The notes: generated by a model not told the origin, from the letters alone. 48,388 nt of DNA from Silvanigrellaceae bacterium (GCA_049423385.1 JBMSQQ010000014.1:1-48388), one strand, 5' to 3'. Positions 28,018 through 38,261 are shown, counted from the stretch's first letter. Numbers and translations: made by a program.

Positions 28018-29505
28018 TCAGGCATCGACCTCATCGTCGTAAACAATTTCGGCTTCATCCAGGGCTGTTGGGTCGAAATTATCTTCCACTTCTTCATCCC
28101 AATCCAGGTCGAAACGGGTCTTTGGCATTTCGAGCAAATCCTCTTCCGGCTTTGCGCCATGCACCTTTCGTGATCGTTCACGAAGGAAAATACTGATCGG
28201 GATGTGCTGAAAACCGAACGCTTCCCTGAATTCATTCTCAAGGAACCGCTTGTAGCTGAAGTGCACGTCTTTTGGATCCGAGCAAAAAATCACGAACCTT
28301 GGCGGCGCACTGGCAACCTGCGTCGCGTAGAAGAACTTGATCCTGCGGGACCTATTCTTCGTCAATGGCGGAGTATGCTTTTCAAGAATGTTGCGCAGCG
28401 TCTTGTTCAATTCCGAGGTCGAAACACGACGGCGGCTTTCGTTGAACATATCGATGCACGTAGGAAGAATCTTGCTGATTCTCTGATTCTCATGGGCGCT
28501 CGTGAAAAGTGTGGGAGCATAGCGGATGTAACGCAATGAAACGTGCAATTCTTCTTGATACCGGTTGATGGTGTTGGAGGTTTTCTCCTCCACCAAATCC
28601 CACTTGTTCACCACAACCAGAATGGGCTTGCGCATTTCAAACGCATAGCCAGCAACGCGGGCATCACCTTCAGTGGGACCTTCATCGGCATTGATGACCA
28701 GCACTGCGACGTCGCACTCTTCAAGACACGCAACAGAACGCAGGGCCGAATATTTCTCGAGCCTGTCGGTCATGCGGCTTTTGCGACGAATCCCCGCGGT
28801 GTCGAGAATTCTGAACTCCTTGCCGAATGCCCGCACGCTGATGTCGACAACATCGCGGGTCGTTCCTGGCCTGGAGTCGACAATACTGCGTGTCTCGCCT
28901 GCAATCCTGTTCAAGATTGAGGATTTGCCAACGTTCGGACGGCCAATGATGGCAAGCTTGATTTGCTCTTCGGCCTCGGATGGAATTTGCGGTTTGGCCT
29001 TGATGACGTCGGTCACCGTCTCGAGCAATTCGCCAACTCCGCGACTGTGTTCTGCGCTGATCGGAAAGAGATGCTCGACCCCCAACTTGCGAAAATCTTC
29101 AGCGAGATGATCGTCTTTTGGAAGGTCGCACTTGTTGGCCGCAACCACGAAAAACTTGTCCGCCCTGCGCAATCGGCGAATCAAGTCTGAGTCGACGGGA
29201 TGCAGCCCTTCGCGCGCGTCCGTCACGAAAATCACGACGTCGGCTTCTTCAATTGCAAGTTCAGCCTGCTCAACCAACTGGCGCTTGATATTGTCGCGCG
29301 AAGTTGGCTCGAAGCCACCGGTGTCGCAAAGGTAAAAACTCGTTCCGGAAAATTCGGCGCGCGAGAAGATGCGGTCGCGCGTCACGCCAGGCTCATCGTG
29401 CACCAGGCTTTTTCGTTGTTTGACAATGCGATTGAAAAGAGTGCTTTTCCCCACGTTGGGTCGACCAACAATGGCAATCAATCGCGTATAGGTGCGCACC
29501 GGCAT
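28018..29505 (-). CDS. der: Ribosome biogenesis GTPase Der (EngA)
   Basis: Two GRPNVGKS P-loops, DTGG/DTAG, NKCD/NKWD and a KH-like C-terminal domain. Confidence 0.97.
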   Translation of the reverse strand: MPVRTYTRLIAIVGRPNVGKSTLFNRIVKQRKSLVHDEPGVTRDRIFSRAEFSGTSFYLCDTGGFEPTSRDNIKRQLVEQAELAIEEADVVIFVTDAREGLHPVDSDLIRRLRRADKFFVVAANKCDLPKDDHLAEDFRKLGVEHLFPISAEHSRGVGELLETVTDVIKAKPQIPSEAEEQIKLAIIGRPNVGKSSILNRIAGETRSIVDSRPGTTRDVVDISVRAFGKEFRILDTAGIRRKSRMTDRLEKYSALRSVACLEECDVAVLVINADEGPTEGDARVAGYAFEMRKPILVVVNKWDLVEEKTSNTINRYQEELHVSLRYIRYAPTLFTSAHENQRISKILPTCIDMFNESRRRVSTSELNKTLRNILEKHTPPLTKNRSRRIKFFYATQVASAPPRFVIFCSDPKDVHFSYKRFLENEFREAFGFQHIPISIFLRERSRKVHGAKPEEDLLEMPKTRFDLDWDEEVEDNFDPTALDEAEIVYDDEVDA

Positions 29506-29529
29506 ATCAAAAAACCTCTGCTTTGTTCA

Positions 29530-30639
29530 CTATTGGGCTTTCACGTCGCGCTGGCCTTCAACCGGCAGCGGAGTCGGATTTGACGCTGTTGGCGAGGTTG
29601 CAACTGTCGGTACAGCCTGCATCCACAATGCGGCAAAATCCTGTTCAACTTCTTCGGGATTGCCATTCCAGACGGTCGAATGTGCTCCACGGTTAAAAAC
29701 CTTCACGCGAAACATTTTTCCACCCGGGATTGCATCGACAATCTGTTTTGAAACCTCGGGGGCAACAATGTCATCGTTCGTCGAGTTGTACACGTAAGTC
29801 GGGACCGTCACCTTTGTCGCCGCCTGCACAGGTTCGCATGCTGAGAAATTTACGCCAGCGCGCTTCTCTGCCAACCAGACTCCCAAAGTGATGAATCCCT
29901 GCGGTACATTCGGCTTCTTTGGTGTGCTCAGGACGAGTTCCTTGACCGAAGGAATCGGATTTTCCAGAGCCAGGGCAAGAACAGTCTTGTCTCCTTCGTT
30001 CGCTTCAGCCGGAAAAACCTGAGCGCCAGCGTTCAAGGCCGCCATGGAACCCATGGACGTTCCGTGAAGAAGAATTTTGCGCCCAGGAAACTGGGCTTTG
30101 AGGGCTTCCAGAACCGACACAACATCATGCTGTTCACGACAGCCATAACTTGCCCCTCGGCCGTTGTGATCCGACAAGCCATGATTCGAGAGATCCATTG
30201 CAACGAGCTGAAAACCCAATCTTGCCGCCATTTTAAAATAGCGTGCGCCATGCATGTGGGTGCCCGAAACACCATGCACGTGAAAAAACAGTGGCGGCAA
30301 AACAGGAGATTTTCGCTGAGCTTCGGTGAGATTGTCATAGACCTTGTAATGAATGCGATCACCCAAAGTACTGCGGGTGTAAAAACTCTGGCCGGGGAGA
30401 TTCAACGATTCATCGCACGACATATCGAGAGGTTTGTCGGACGGAGCCCCGTTCCTGAGGTCGGCAAATGCATACTCCCGCATCCACTTTGTGCAGTCGA
30501 TCGTTTCAACGGACGTCCATTTTTCTCTTTCCTTGAAAGGAAAGAGCAGCAGGTCACTCAGGTAGAACAAGGCGCCAACAAATACCGCACCCAGGAATGC
30601 GATCAACGCAGCTCCCACGAGAATCAATTTTGACTTCAT
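29530..30639 (-). CDS. Membrane-anchored alpha/beta hydrolase
   Basis: N-terminal TM helix, VHG, GTSMG nucleophile elbow, DDIV and GAH. Confidence 0.85.
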   Translation of the reverse strand: MKSKLILVGAALIAFLGAVFVGALFYLSDLLLFPFKEREKWTSVETIDCTKWMREYAFADLRNGAPSDKPLDMSCDESLNLPGQSFYTRSTLGDRIHYKVYDNLTEAQRKSPVLPPLFFHVHGVSGTHMHGARYFKMAARLGFQLVAMDLSNHGLSDHNGRGASYGCREQHDVVSVLEALKAQFPGRKILLHGTSMGSMAALNAGAQVFPAEANEGDKTVLALALENPIPSVKELVLSTPKKPNVPQGFITLGVWLAEKRAGVNFSACEPVQAATKVTVPTYVYNSTNDDIVAPEVSKQIVDAIPGGKMFRVKVFNRGAHSTVWNGNPEEVEQDFAALWMQAVPTVATSPTASNPTPLPVEGQRDVKAQ

Positions 30640-32792
30640 TATGGCTTCCTTTCGGCTTCATTCGGCAGCGGCAATCCCTGCGTCTGCTTGACCTCAGATT
30701 CAACAAATCGGCCTGCACTGGCCACTTTTTCAACGCCATCCAAAGCAGAAACGGATTCGAAAAATCGTCCCGGCATCCGATTCTCGAGGTACAAAACGTC
30801 GGTCGTTCCATACCCCAATTCCCCGGGAGTGCTACGCAGTTCCCTCGGATAGGGCCGACTCGTCAAGAAATATTCGAGAATTTCTGAGAAAGTTGGATTT
30901 GGCTGGGGAACCCACCAATGACGCAAGGGAATTCGGTATACGTCGAACATCGGGAAAGTCTTGCGGGCATGGTCGGCATCACCACCATCCAGAAAAAATG
31001 CGTCAAATGCCTCGGCAGCCTTGGCGTCTGCCGGCTTGATGAAGTCATGACCAGGGAAATCATGGACGTACCAGGCCATCGGCCAGGTCGCATCGCCGTA
31101 CATGGTCACCTTCGGTGTTTTTCCCTGCCTGGCAGCCTCGCTGAGCCAACGCTGCCTTATTTCACGCACTTTTGGAGTGGTCTGGGTGAAGACGAGTCGC
31201 TCTTCCGGGTTGGCGGATTCCGGAAAAGAGAGACGAATCGACTTCCAGCCGGACAAGCACAAAGAGGCGAGCGTAAGCCCAGCAAGCCAGCGACCAGCCT
31301 TTCGTCTCCAGGCGGACTCCCAATCGTCAACGGACTTTCGCAGATCAGCATCTCGAAGCGTGCACAACGAATCCACCCACAAGGGTGCAGCTTGCAGACT
31401 CCTCCCCATCTCAAGTCCCGCGAGAACCACCAGGGGCATGAGAATGTAAATCAACAGCCAAGGAACCTTTTCACCAACATAGGAATAAATTCCGATAGCC
31501 CCGGTGGACCACCACCACAAAAACGCATCGAGCCGCCTCCCCAACGAGACCGACGAGACAACCGCAACCGCCCCCAGCAATGCAACCGCCAGAATCTGCA
31601 AAAAATGACGCGTGTGCGTGAAGTGAAGCAAATGTGCGAGCTTGTCGAACGAGTCACTCAGTGAACCCGGCATCACCCGGCTCAAACAGAATTCAGAGAT
31701 CGAGCACCCATCCGTCGTCAATCCGAGACGCGGCAGAAACAAAACCGAAAAAACCAATGCAAGGGCAAAAACGATGACATTGCGCGACCTCCTGAACATG
31801 GTGAACGGGAATCGCATGCTTCGGTTTGCAATTCCGAGAGCCGCCAAACTGACCGACCGGTACCAAGCAACGAGGAGAGCTGGAATCAATGCAAATTCAT
31901 AATTGAAAAACAACGGGGAATGATAATCGAACGGGCCATCAATTCGCCGCTTCTGGTTTTGATCCCACCAGTAAAGCAAACTTTCACGATAAAGTCCGTC
32001 GAGTACTCCATGCATGGCACCCTTGGAGTGCCGAAAGAAAGACGAATAGAAAAGAATGTAGACAACAGCAAAAACCACGATGCAGTTAAGTCTGAGGGCA
32101 ATCCGCTCGTTGGCGGGAAGATTCCCGGGCACCTGACCTGCTTGCAACACTTCACCTTTTCTTGAGAGCAATCGGGTCAAAATCTCTATGGCACCTGCAG
32201 CACTCAACCAGATGAAGACGTGCAAATATGAATTTTCCTTGTTGCAGAAATGCAGCGCAAGGAATGTGCTGCTGGCAACAGCCATCCATGGACTCCGCGT
32301 CCAGCGATAACCAAAGAATCCGGCAAGCGAACAAGCCATCCACAGCGCGTTGAACGAATCCTCGCGCAGGAACCGGCCGAAATACATGAACGTCGGGCTC
32401 AAGAGCAAAAAGATCGAAATGAAGCCGGATGTCACCAGGCCAATCCTTTTCCTCCAAAAAAGCGGCAGAAGAACAAGAAAGACTCCACAAATTGCAGCCG
32501 GCAATCTCGCAGAGATGTCCCCAACCCCAAAAAAGGTCATAAAAGCGCCGACGAAATAGTAAAGCACGGGGCCATGCAGCAAAGCTGAATATTCATGCGG
32601 AAAGCCCTGCGAAACTCGATGAGAGTAATACGCATGCAGACTTTCATCGTGATGAAACGGCTTGTCCGACAAATAGAGAAAGCGACTCACAGCCTCAACA
32701 ACTGCAACACCTGCCGCAAACCAAATCCAAAGATTACTGCTGTTGCGTGAAGACGTGCTAACATCCTGATTGGGTGACTCACCTGCAGACAA
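30639..32792 (-). CDS. TIGR03663/Agl23-like polytopic membrane glycosyltransferase (PMT-like)
   Basis: HHDESLH, LLHGP, ARLPAA, FGRFLRED, KENSY, EKVPWL and WPMAWY motifs; many TM helices. Start set at TTG 32792 after GGAGG, which avoids overlap with the divergent gene. Confidence 0.75.
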   Translation of the reverse strand: MSAGESPNQDVSTSSRNSSNLWIWFAAGVAVVEAVSRFLYLSDKPFHHDESLHAYYSHRVSQGFPHEYSALLHGPVLYYFVGAFMTFFGVGDISARLPAAICGVFLVLLPLFWRKRIGLVTSGFISIFLLLSPTFMYFGRFLREDSFNALWMACSLAGFFGYRWTRSPWMAVASSTFLALHFCNKENSYLHVFIWLSAAGAIEILTRLLSRKGEVLQAGQVPGNLPANERIALRLNCIVVFAVVYILFYSSFFRHSKGAMHGVLDGLYRESLLYWWDQNQKRRIDGPFDYHSPLFFNYEFALIPALLVAWYRSVSLAALGIANRSMRFPFTMFRRSRNVIVFALALVFSVLFLPRLGLTTDGCSISEFCLSRVMPGSLSDSFDKLAHLLHFTHTRHFLQILAVALLGAVAVVSSVSLGRRLDAFLWWWSTGAIGIYSYVGEKVPWLLIYILMPLVVLAGLEMGRSLQAAPLWVDSLCTLRDADLRKSVDDWESAWRRKAGRWLAGLTLASLCLSGWKSIRLSFPESANPEERLVFTQTTPKVREIRQRWLSEAARQGKTPKVTMYGDATWPMAWYVHDFPGHDFIKPADAKAAEAFDAFFLDGGDADHARKTFPMFDVYRIPLRHWWVPQPNPTFSEILEYFLTSRPYPRELRSTPGELGYGTTDVLYLENRMPGRFFESVSALDGVEKVASAGRFVESEVKQTQGLPLPNEAERKP

Positions 32793-32829
32793 GATCGCGT
32801 TCCCTCCAACTATCCTCGGAGCTGTTTCG

Positions 32830-34245
32830 TTGAAGAAAACAATACCATACAAATTGGCTCCCGAAGTGTCGAAACATCCACGCATCGTCGCGGGCATCTC
32901 GGTTTGTCAAAAATTGCGCTCCGCCGGTTGGGCCGCATACTGGGTGGGAGGGGCGGTGCGCGATCTTCTCATCAATCCCCAAAAAGTGCCGGGCGACATC
33001 GATATTTCAACCGACGCTCCGTTCGACGAAATCTGCAAGACGCTTCCCGACACGCGCGCCATCGGAAAAGCATTTGGCGTCGGACTCGTCGGCGAAGGCA
33101 AACACTCCTTCGAAGTTGCAACCTTTCGAAAGGAAGCAGACTACGCAGACAGGCGGCATCCCAGTCTCGTTGGGCCCGGGACGATGGAGGAAGACAGCGC
33201 GCGTCGTGATTTCACCTTGAACGCGATGTATTTTGATCCGCAGGCCGGAATAATCGTGGATTTCCACGAGGGGCTGCAGGATCTCAAAAAGAAAACCATA
33301 AGCTGCGTTGGCGATGCGCATGTGCGGCTGCACGAGGATCCCCTGCGGATACTGCGATTGTTCAGATTTTCTGCGAATTTTGCATTCAAGATCGAAGCAA
33401 ACACCGGGAAAGCCGCCGAACAGCTCGGCAGCGAGCTGCTTCACGTCAGCAAGGAACGCGTCCTGCTTGAAATATCAAAGCTCAAATCCGCGGCCGTTCC
33501 CCTGTTTGCACAGCTGTTCAAACAGGTTCAGAACCACCTTGTCGGCTGCAACACGCCTGCAGGCGCCTCACCAAAGTTTCCCTGGACATCATTTTCAATT
33601 CCAGCTTCAGTGCCCGCTTCCTCACCTGGCATGCTTTTCGCTGCAATCTGCGCAGCCAATGAATTTCCTCTTCAATCCGACTGGCTTAAAATATTTCAAG
33701 ACTGGCCTTTCTCCCTCGAGGAAAAAGCTCAGCTCGAACTTTTTCAAAGACTGCAAAACTCTCAATTCAGACTTCCAACAAATACCGAAGTGGTTGCTGA
33801 CTGGCGCAGTTTCCTGGAGTCGATGAGATGGCTTCAAAGACAAAGCCGCATCACCGCAGAAGCTGCACTTTGGATTTTGAATTGGCCTGGCATGGATGAT
33901 TCCAAAAACTCGCAGTTCATCAACTTCTTGAGCTTGGCATTGAATAAAACCGTTTCGGAATCGGAAGAACTGCAACACCAGCCTATCGGATCGATCCTCG
34001 AGTCATGGCTGCGCGGAGAAGCACAATCTTTGCGCGAAAAAGCAAACAAAAGTCTGGACGGACAAAAAGAAAAAAGCGCCCTGGGCTGGGCGCGCTTGCT
34101 GATCGACACAAACATCCTGTTGAAAAAAATCAGCTGCACGCCTGCGTCCGGACCATCTGTACTGATGCTGAATGCTGAATCAGAACTGGAAGAAATCTGC
34201 AACACTGCAATTCAATTGGCCGGGCTGGCCCGACGGCCGCAATGA
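32830..34245 (+). CDS. Class II tRNA nucleotidyltransferase (CCA-adding / poly(A) polymerase family)
   Basis: VGGAVRD, DIDI, EVATFR, EDSARRDFTLNAM and EDPLRILR motifs. Start set at TTG 32830 after GGAG. Confidence 0.85.
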   Translation: MKKTIPYKLAPEVSKHPRIVAGISVCQKLRSAGWAAYWVGGAVRDLLINPQKVPGDIDISTDAPFDEICKTLPDTRAIGKAFGVGLVGEGKHSFEVATFRKEADYADRRHPSLVGPGTMEEDSARRDFTLNAMYFDPQAGIIVDFHEGLQDLKKKTISCVGDAHVRLHEDPLRILRLFRFSANFAFKIEANTGKAAEQLGSELLHVSKERVLLEISKLKSAAVPLFAQLFKQVQNHLVGCNTPAGASPKFPWTSFSIPASVPASSPGMLFAAICAANEFPLQSDWLKIFQDWPFSLEEKAQLELFQRLQNSQFRLPTNTEVVADWRSFLESMRWLQRQSRITAEAALWILNWPGMDDSKNSQFINFLSLALNKTVSESEELQHQPIGSILESWLRGEAQSLREKANKSLDGQKEKSALGWARLLIDTNILLKKISCTPASGPSVLMLNAESELEEICNTAIQLAGLARRPQ

Positions 34246-34285
34246 TTTGAATATCACGGCCGGCGGGTCACCAAAATCCAAGACA

Positions 34286-35920
34286 TCACTGCCGCGGCAA
34301 AGAGTTCTTGAGGGCTGTATATGCCGAGGGCGTCGTGCTGCGGGTGTGTCTGCGGGTGATTGATCCTTGCGACACAAAATTCAAAACGTACCACTTGCCA
34401 CCAGCCTTGGCGTTTGTTCCGCTCGCTCCATCGCCACCAAACGGCTGTTGATTCACAACAGCGCCGGTTGTTTTGCGATTGACGTAAAAATTGCCCGCAA
34501 GTTGCGAAAGAACCGGAATTGCCGTCTCAAGGAAAGTTTCATTTCGGCTGATCACGGCACCCGTCAGGCGATACGGATGTTGTTCGATGATTCGCGCTGC
34601 ATCCTCAAGAGTCTTGTACGTGCGGATGGCAGTCACGGGGCCGAAAATTTCGACACTCAAAAGGTCATGCTTGTCGGTTGCGACCTCAATCAACGTAGGT
34701 TCGATATAGAATCCTTTGCTGTCGTCAGTTTTGCCACCAGCAATGACTGTGCAGCTTGAATCTGTCTTGGCTTTTTCAATCGCCGATTTGATCTTTTCAA
34801 ATGCCCGCTGGTTGATGACAGGTCCGAGATCGGCCTTGCGTTCAACCGGGTTGATCATTTGTAGTGCCTGAGTTTGCTTCACCAGCTCGCTTTTCAGCGA
34901 AGGCCAAATTTTCTCATCAACAAGCACGACGCTGTTGGCAGAGCACTTTTGACCACTGCGGCCAAAGGCTCCCTGAACAATCGCCTGTGCGGTGTCGACA
35001 ACATCGATATCACGATCGGCAACAAGAAAATCCTTGCCTCCCGTTTCGGCGATGAATCGTGGAAAGTTTGTCCTTGGGAAATCGGTGTTGAACAGATAAT
35101 TTCCAAAAATCCGTGCCGTGTTGAAGCTTCCGGTGAAATTGAGGCAACTCAATTCGGGATGCTTGAGAACTGGCGGAAGGCAATTGGGCCCTTCACCCGT
35201 GATGAAATTGATGACACCCGGCGGAAATCCTGCTTCCTCAAGAGCGAGCATCAACAAATAACTGGTCAGCACTGCATCGCTGCTCGGCTTCCATACAACA
35301 GTGTTGCCCGTCAGAGCCATCACCAGTGGCAGGTTGAATCCAATCGCAATCGGGAAATTGAACGGCGTCACTGCGAGAGTGAATCCCTTCAACGGACGCA
35401 ATTGCAGCTGATTGGTTTCCATCGGGCCATCGCCCATTCTCTCTGCAAGCAATTCGGAATAGAACCAGCTGTTGAACCGGACAAAATCCATCAGCTCGGC
35501 CCAGCTCGCAGAACATTCGTTTGCGGTGTATCCGCACTCAACCGCGGCTGTTGCACAGGTCTGGTATTTCCACTTGGCCAACACGACTTCGAGATCGCGA
35601 AACTTTTGCAGACGGGTCGACGGAGAAAGCGCGGCCCATGCAGGCTTGGCAGCAAGCGCAGCGTCGATCGCCTTTTGAGCATGCGAAAAATCCGCCTCTT
35701 GAAACGAGCAAACCAGTTGTTTGGTTGCAGGGTTCAAGCTTTTGCCTTTTTGGTTTGAAAAGATCTTTTGCCCCCCGATGATCATCGGGACTTCGAGACC
35801 CAAGGGAATCTCTTTTGTTGCAGTCTCGAACTGCAACCATGCGTTTTCCGTGTCGCGGATATTTTCAATAGGTTCATTGGCCGGTTCGACCATCGACAAG
35901 ACGTTCATGCGAAACCCCAA
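34286..35920 (-). CDS. pruA: L-glutamate gamma-semialdehyde (P5C) dehydrogenase
   Basis: TPFNF, WKPS, FTGS, ETGGK, GQKCSA, EIFGPV and TGAVVNQQPFGG motifs. Confidence 0.88.
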   Translation of the reverse strand: MGFRMNVLSMVEPANEPIENIRDTENAWLQFETATKEIPLGLEVPMIIGGQKIFSNQKGKSLNPATKQLVCSFQEADFSHAQKAIDAALAAKPAWAALSPSTRLQKFRDLEVVLAKWKYQTCATAAVECGYTANECSASWAELMDFVRFNSWFYSELLAERMGDGPMETNQLQLRPLKGFTLAVTPFNFPIAIGFNLPLVMALTGNTVVWKPSSDAVLTSYLLMLALEEAGFPPGVINFITGEGPNCLPPVLKHPELSCLNFTGSFNTARIFGNYLFNTDFPRTNFPRFIAETGGKDFLVADRDIDVVDTAQAIVQGAFGRSGQKCSANSVVLVDEKIWPSLKSELVKQTQALQMINPVERKADLGPVINQRAFEKIKSAIEKAKTDSSCTVIAGGKTDDSKGFYIEPTLIEVATDKHDLLSVEIFGPVTAIRTYKTLEDAARIIEQHPYRLTGAVISRNETFLETAIPVLSQLAGNFYVNRKTTGAVVNQQPFGGDGASGTNAKAGGKWYVLNFVSQGSITRRHTRSTTPSAYTALKNSLPRQ

Positions 35921-35934
35921 AATGGACTGTATCC

Positions 35935-37278
35935 TCAGTTGACGATACGTCCTTCTTTAGAGGCTTGTGGGCCTGCCTGCAACCATTCCGACAAGGTTCG
36001 AACCTGGTTTTCCGCCGGGATGTAAAACTCAAGCTCCGACGGAAAATAACCTTTTTTCAAGTATTCACCCGCAAATGGCAGAAATTCGCTCAAAACCATG
36101 GGTCGGGAACGATATCCCGTGACGCGGTTGTAGGTCGTCAATGGAGTGAAAACCAGCCGATAGTGATGGGTTGATCCCGTCTCATCGGCCACATCCGACC
36201 GGCAAAACTCTGCATGCGCCCCAAGGGCGAATTTCGCATCCCGCGAGAGCGAGCTGAAAATGAAATTCCCGACTCCATAGACGATCATTTCATCGTTCCG
36301 GGTTGTTTCAATCTTCTGGGCCAGATGCGCATGATGTCCAACAACAAAATCAGCACCAGCTTTCAATGCCAACTGGGCATATTCCGTTTGATGTGATTTT
36401 ACGGTTGGCTTGAGCTCTTCTCCCCAGTGAAATCCAACGACAATAAAGTCTGCTTCAGCGCGAGCCTTTTCGATTGCCACACGCATTGCGTTGGCGGCAG
36501 GATAAGCAACACCAGCCCGCTTTTCGCCCGCCCAAGCTTCTGCTGGATAGGTTGTTGTTATTGAAAAGACAGCGATCTTGATTCCATTCTTTTCCAACCA
36601 CATGGGTTTCAGTGCTGCATGGATATCGCCACCAATGCCGGCATATGAAACCTTCGCCTTGACCATTTGAGAATTGGTGTCCTGTGCACCCACCCAACCA
36701 AAATCCATGGCGTGATTGTTTGCTCGGAAGAAATGCTTGACCCCCGCGGCCGAAAGCCATTCAAGACTTTCTGGCGCTTGTTTCAGTGCAAACGGGAATT
36801 TTGGAAATGCCCGCTTGGTTTGATTGGTGATGCTCCCTTCAAAATTGGCAACATTGAAATCACCCCAGTTCAAGAGCGGAATCAAATTGTCAAAAAGGCT
36901 GTTTTTCAATTGGGCAGCAGGACCATGCGGTGGAACCCAGTAATCACCAAAAAAACTGACTCGAACCGGATCAACACAATGCGGCTCCCACGAAGCCGCG
37001 TTCGCTGACTTTTGTCGGTTTTCAAAGGACGATGTCTTCGATGTCCCGGACTCGTGTGGCGGTTGATGTCTGGGCGGTGTTTGTTGTTTGAGCACTGTGT
37101 TCTTCGCTGCCTGACTCAAGGGCTTTGCGTTCAATTTTACACCAGGAATCAGGTGATAACGCACATTGACATCAGCAAGCGCAGTGGACGGCTGGAAAGG
37201 TACAGACGACGAAAAAACGAGTGCCGCGGAACAAATCATGGTCAGCATGCCGAGGTAGACGTGCACCTTCGACCACAT
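35935..37278 (-). CDS. CapA / PGA_cap-family exported metallophosphoesterase
   Basis: GD, NFEG, ANNHAMDFG, HWGEE, GHHAH and GNF motifs; signal peptide. Confidence 0.88.
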   Translation of the reverse strand: MWSKVHVYLGMLTMICSAALVFSSSVPFQPSTALADVNVRYHLIPGVKLNAKPLSQAAKNTVLKQQTPPRHQPPHESGTSKTSSFENRQKSANAASWEPHCVDPVRVSFFGDYWVPPHGPAAQLKNSLFDNLIPLLNWGDFNVANFEGSITNQTKRAFPKFPFALKQAPESLEWLSAAGVKHFFRANNHAMDFGWVGAQDTNSQMVKAKVSYAGIGGDIHAALKPMWLEKNGIKIAVFSITTTYPAEAWAGEKRAGVAYPAANAMRVAIEKARAEADFIVVGFHWGEELKPTVKSHQTEYAQLALKAGADFVVGHHAHLAQKIETTRNDEMIVYGVGNFIFSSLSRDAKFALGAHAEFCRSDVADETGSTHHYRLVFTPLTTYNRVTGYRSRPMVLSEFLPFAGEYLKKGYFPSELEFYIPAENQVRTLSEWLQAGPQASKEGRIVN

Positions 37279-37448
37279 GACTTGGTCCCCCTTTCCAATT
37301 CCTTCGTTTTAATAATTTGGCTCATTGGCAGATTAACACGATGCAACCGGGCGATTGCGGCACGACGATGCAGTCCGACACCAATTTGGCGCGTCCAGTG
37401 TATGATTCTGTTGCTGGAACAAGTTTTTTTTTTAAAGAACCGAGTTTC

Positions 37449-38093
37449 TCAGCCTTCTTCGCCGGGTGGCCGCTCGGCTGCTTCAAGCGCGTCAAGGCTG
37501 ATAAGGTGGCGCATTTTTTGAATTTTTGTCTTCAAATAACGACTGTTCTCGTTTTGCACCGAGGGAACGATGGCAATACGATCGATGACCTTGATGCCAG
37601 CTTGTTCAAGCGACTCTATTTTCGCCGGGTTGTTGGTCATCAGCCGGATGGATTCAACGCCTGAGGTCTTCAACAACTCGGCCGCCACTGAAAAGTCGCG
37701 CTCATCCGCCCCAAATCCCAGGGCAATATTTGCCTCCACAGTATCCATGCCCTGATCCTGAAGACCATAAGCCTTCAACTTGGCGGAAAGCCCAATTCCT
37801 CGACCCTCTTGCCTGAGATACAGGATAGCACCGCAGCCCTCGCGGCTGATGAGCCGCATCGCATCCTGGAGCTGCTGGCCACAGTCGCAACGGAGTGAGC
37901 CAAACACATCGCCCGTCAAACATTCCGAGTGGATACGGACTAGAGGACTCTGCCCGGGTCTGTTCCAGTCGCCCATCCACAGGACAAGATGCTCCCGAGC
38001 CGACTTCGATTCTCTGTACAAAGACAACTCGAACGGCCCCCAGAGGGTCGGCAGACGTGTGGTTGAAATGTGCTCAAGCATTGCCATTTGCAA
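37449..38093 (-). CDS. ribA: GTP cyclohydrolase II
   Basis: VRIHSECLTGD, CDCG, YLRQEGRGIGL and TNNP motifs. Confidence 0.96.
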   Translation of the reverse strand: MQMAMLEHISTTRLPTLWGPFELSLYRESKSAREHLVLWMGDWNRPGQSPLVRIHSECLTGDVFGSLRCDCGQQLQDAMRLISREGCGAILYLRQEGRGIGLSAKLKAYGLQDQGMDTVEANIALGFGADERDFSVAAELLKTSGVESIRLMTNNPAKIESLEQAGIKVIDRIAIVPSVQNENSRYLKTKIQKMRHLISLDALEAAERPPGEEG

Positions 38094-38261
38094 ATAACTC
38101 GTTCAAAGAAGCGATCCTTATCAACGCATGTCCGTTAGTTCACAATCAATTTTCGGACAAGTGTAATTCTGGACAAAAAAGGCCTGGCCTACAGTCCTTG
38201 TCTTTGCTAGCCCCTCCTCAATCTGGAAGAAAAGTGCAGAAGCGCCTGGGGCTTTGAAAAA

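Noticed and set aside
34874..35758. 294-aa plus-strand ORF
   Set aside because: Antisense to the well-supported P5C dehydrogenase.
35935..37278. Poly-gamma-glutamate capsule locus
   Set aside because: Only a CapA-family domain is present, with no capB/capC; stand-alone CapA proteins are common.
38094..38261. Possible FMN riboswitch upstream of ribA
   Set aside because: No RFN consensus segments (e.g. AGGGCGGGGTGAAATTCCC) on the minus strand.
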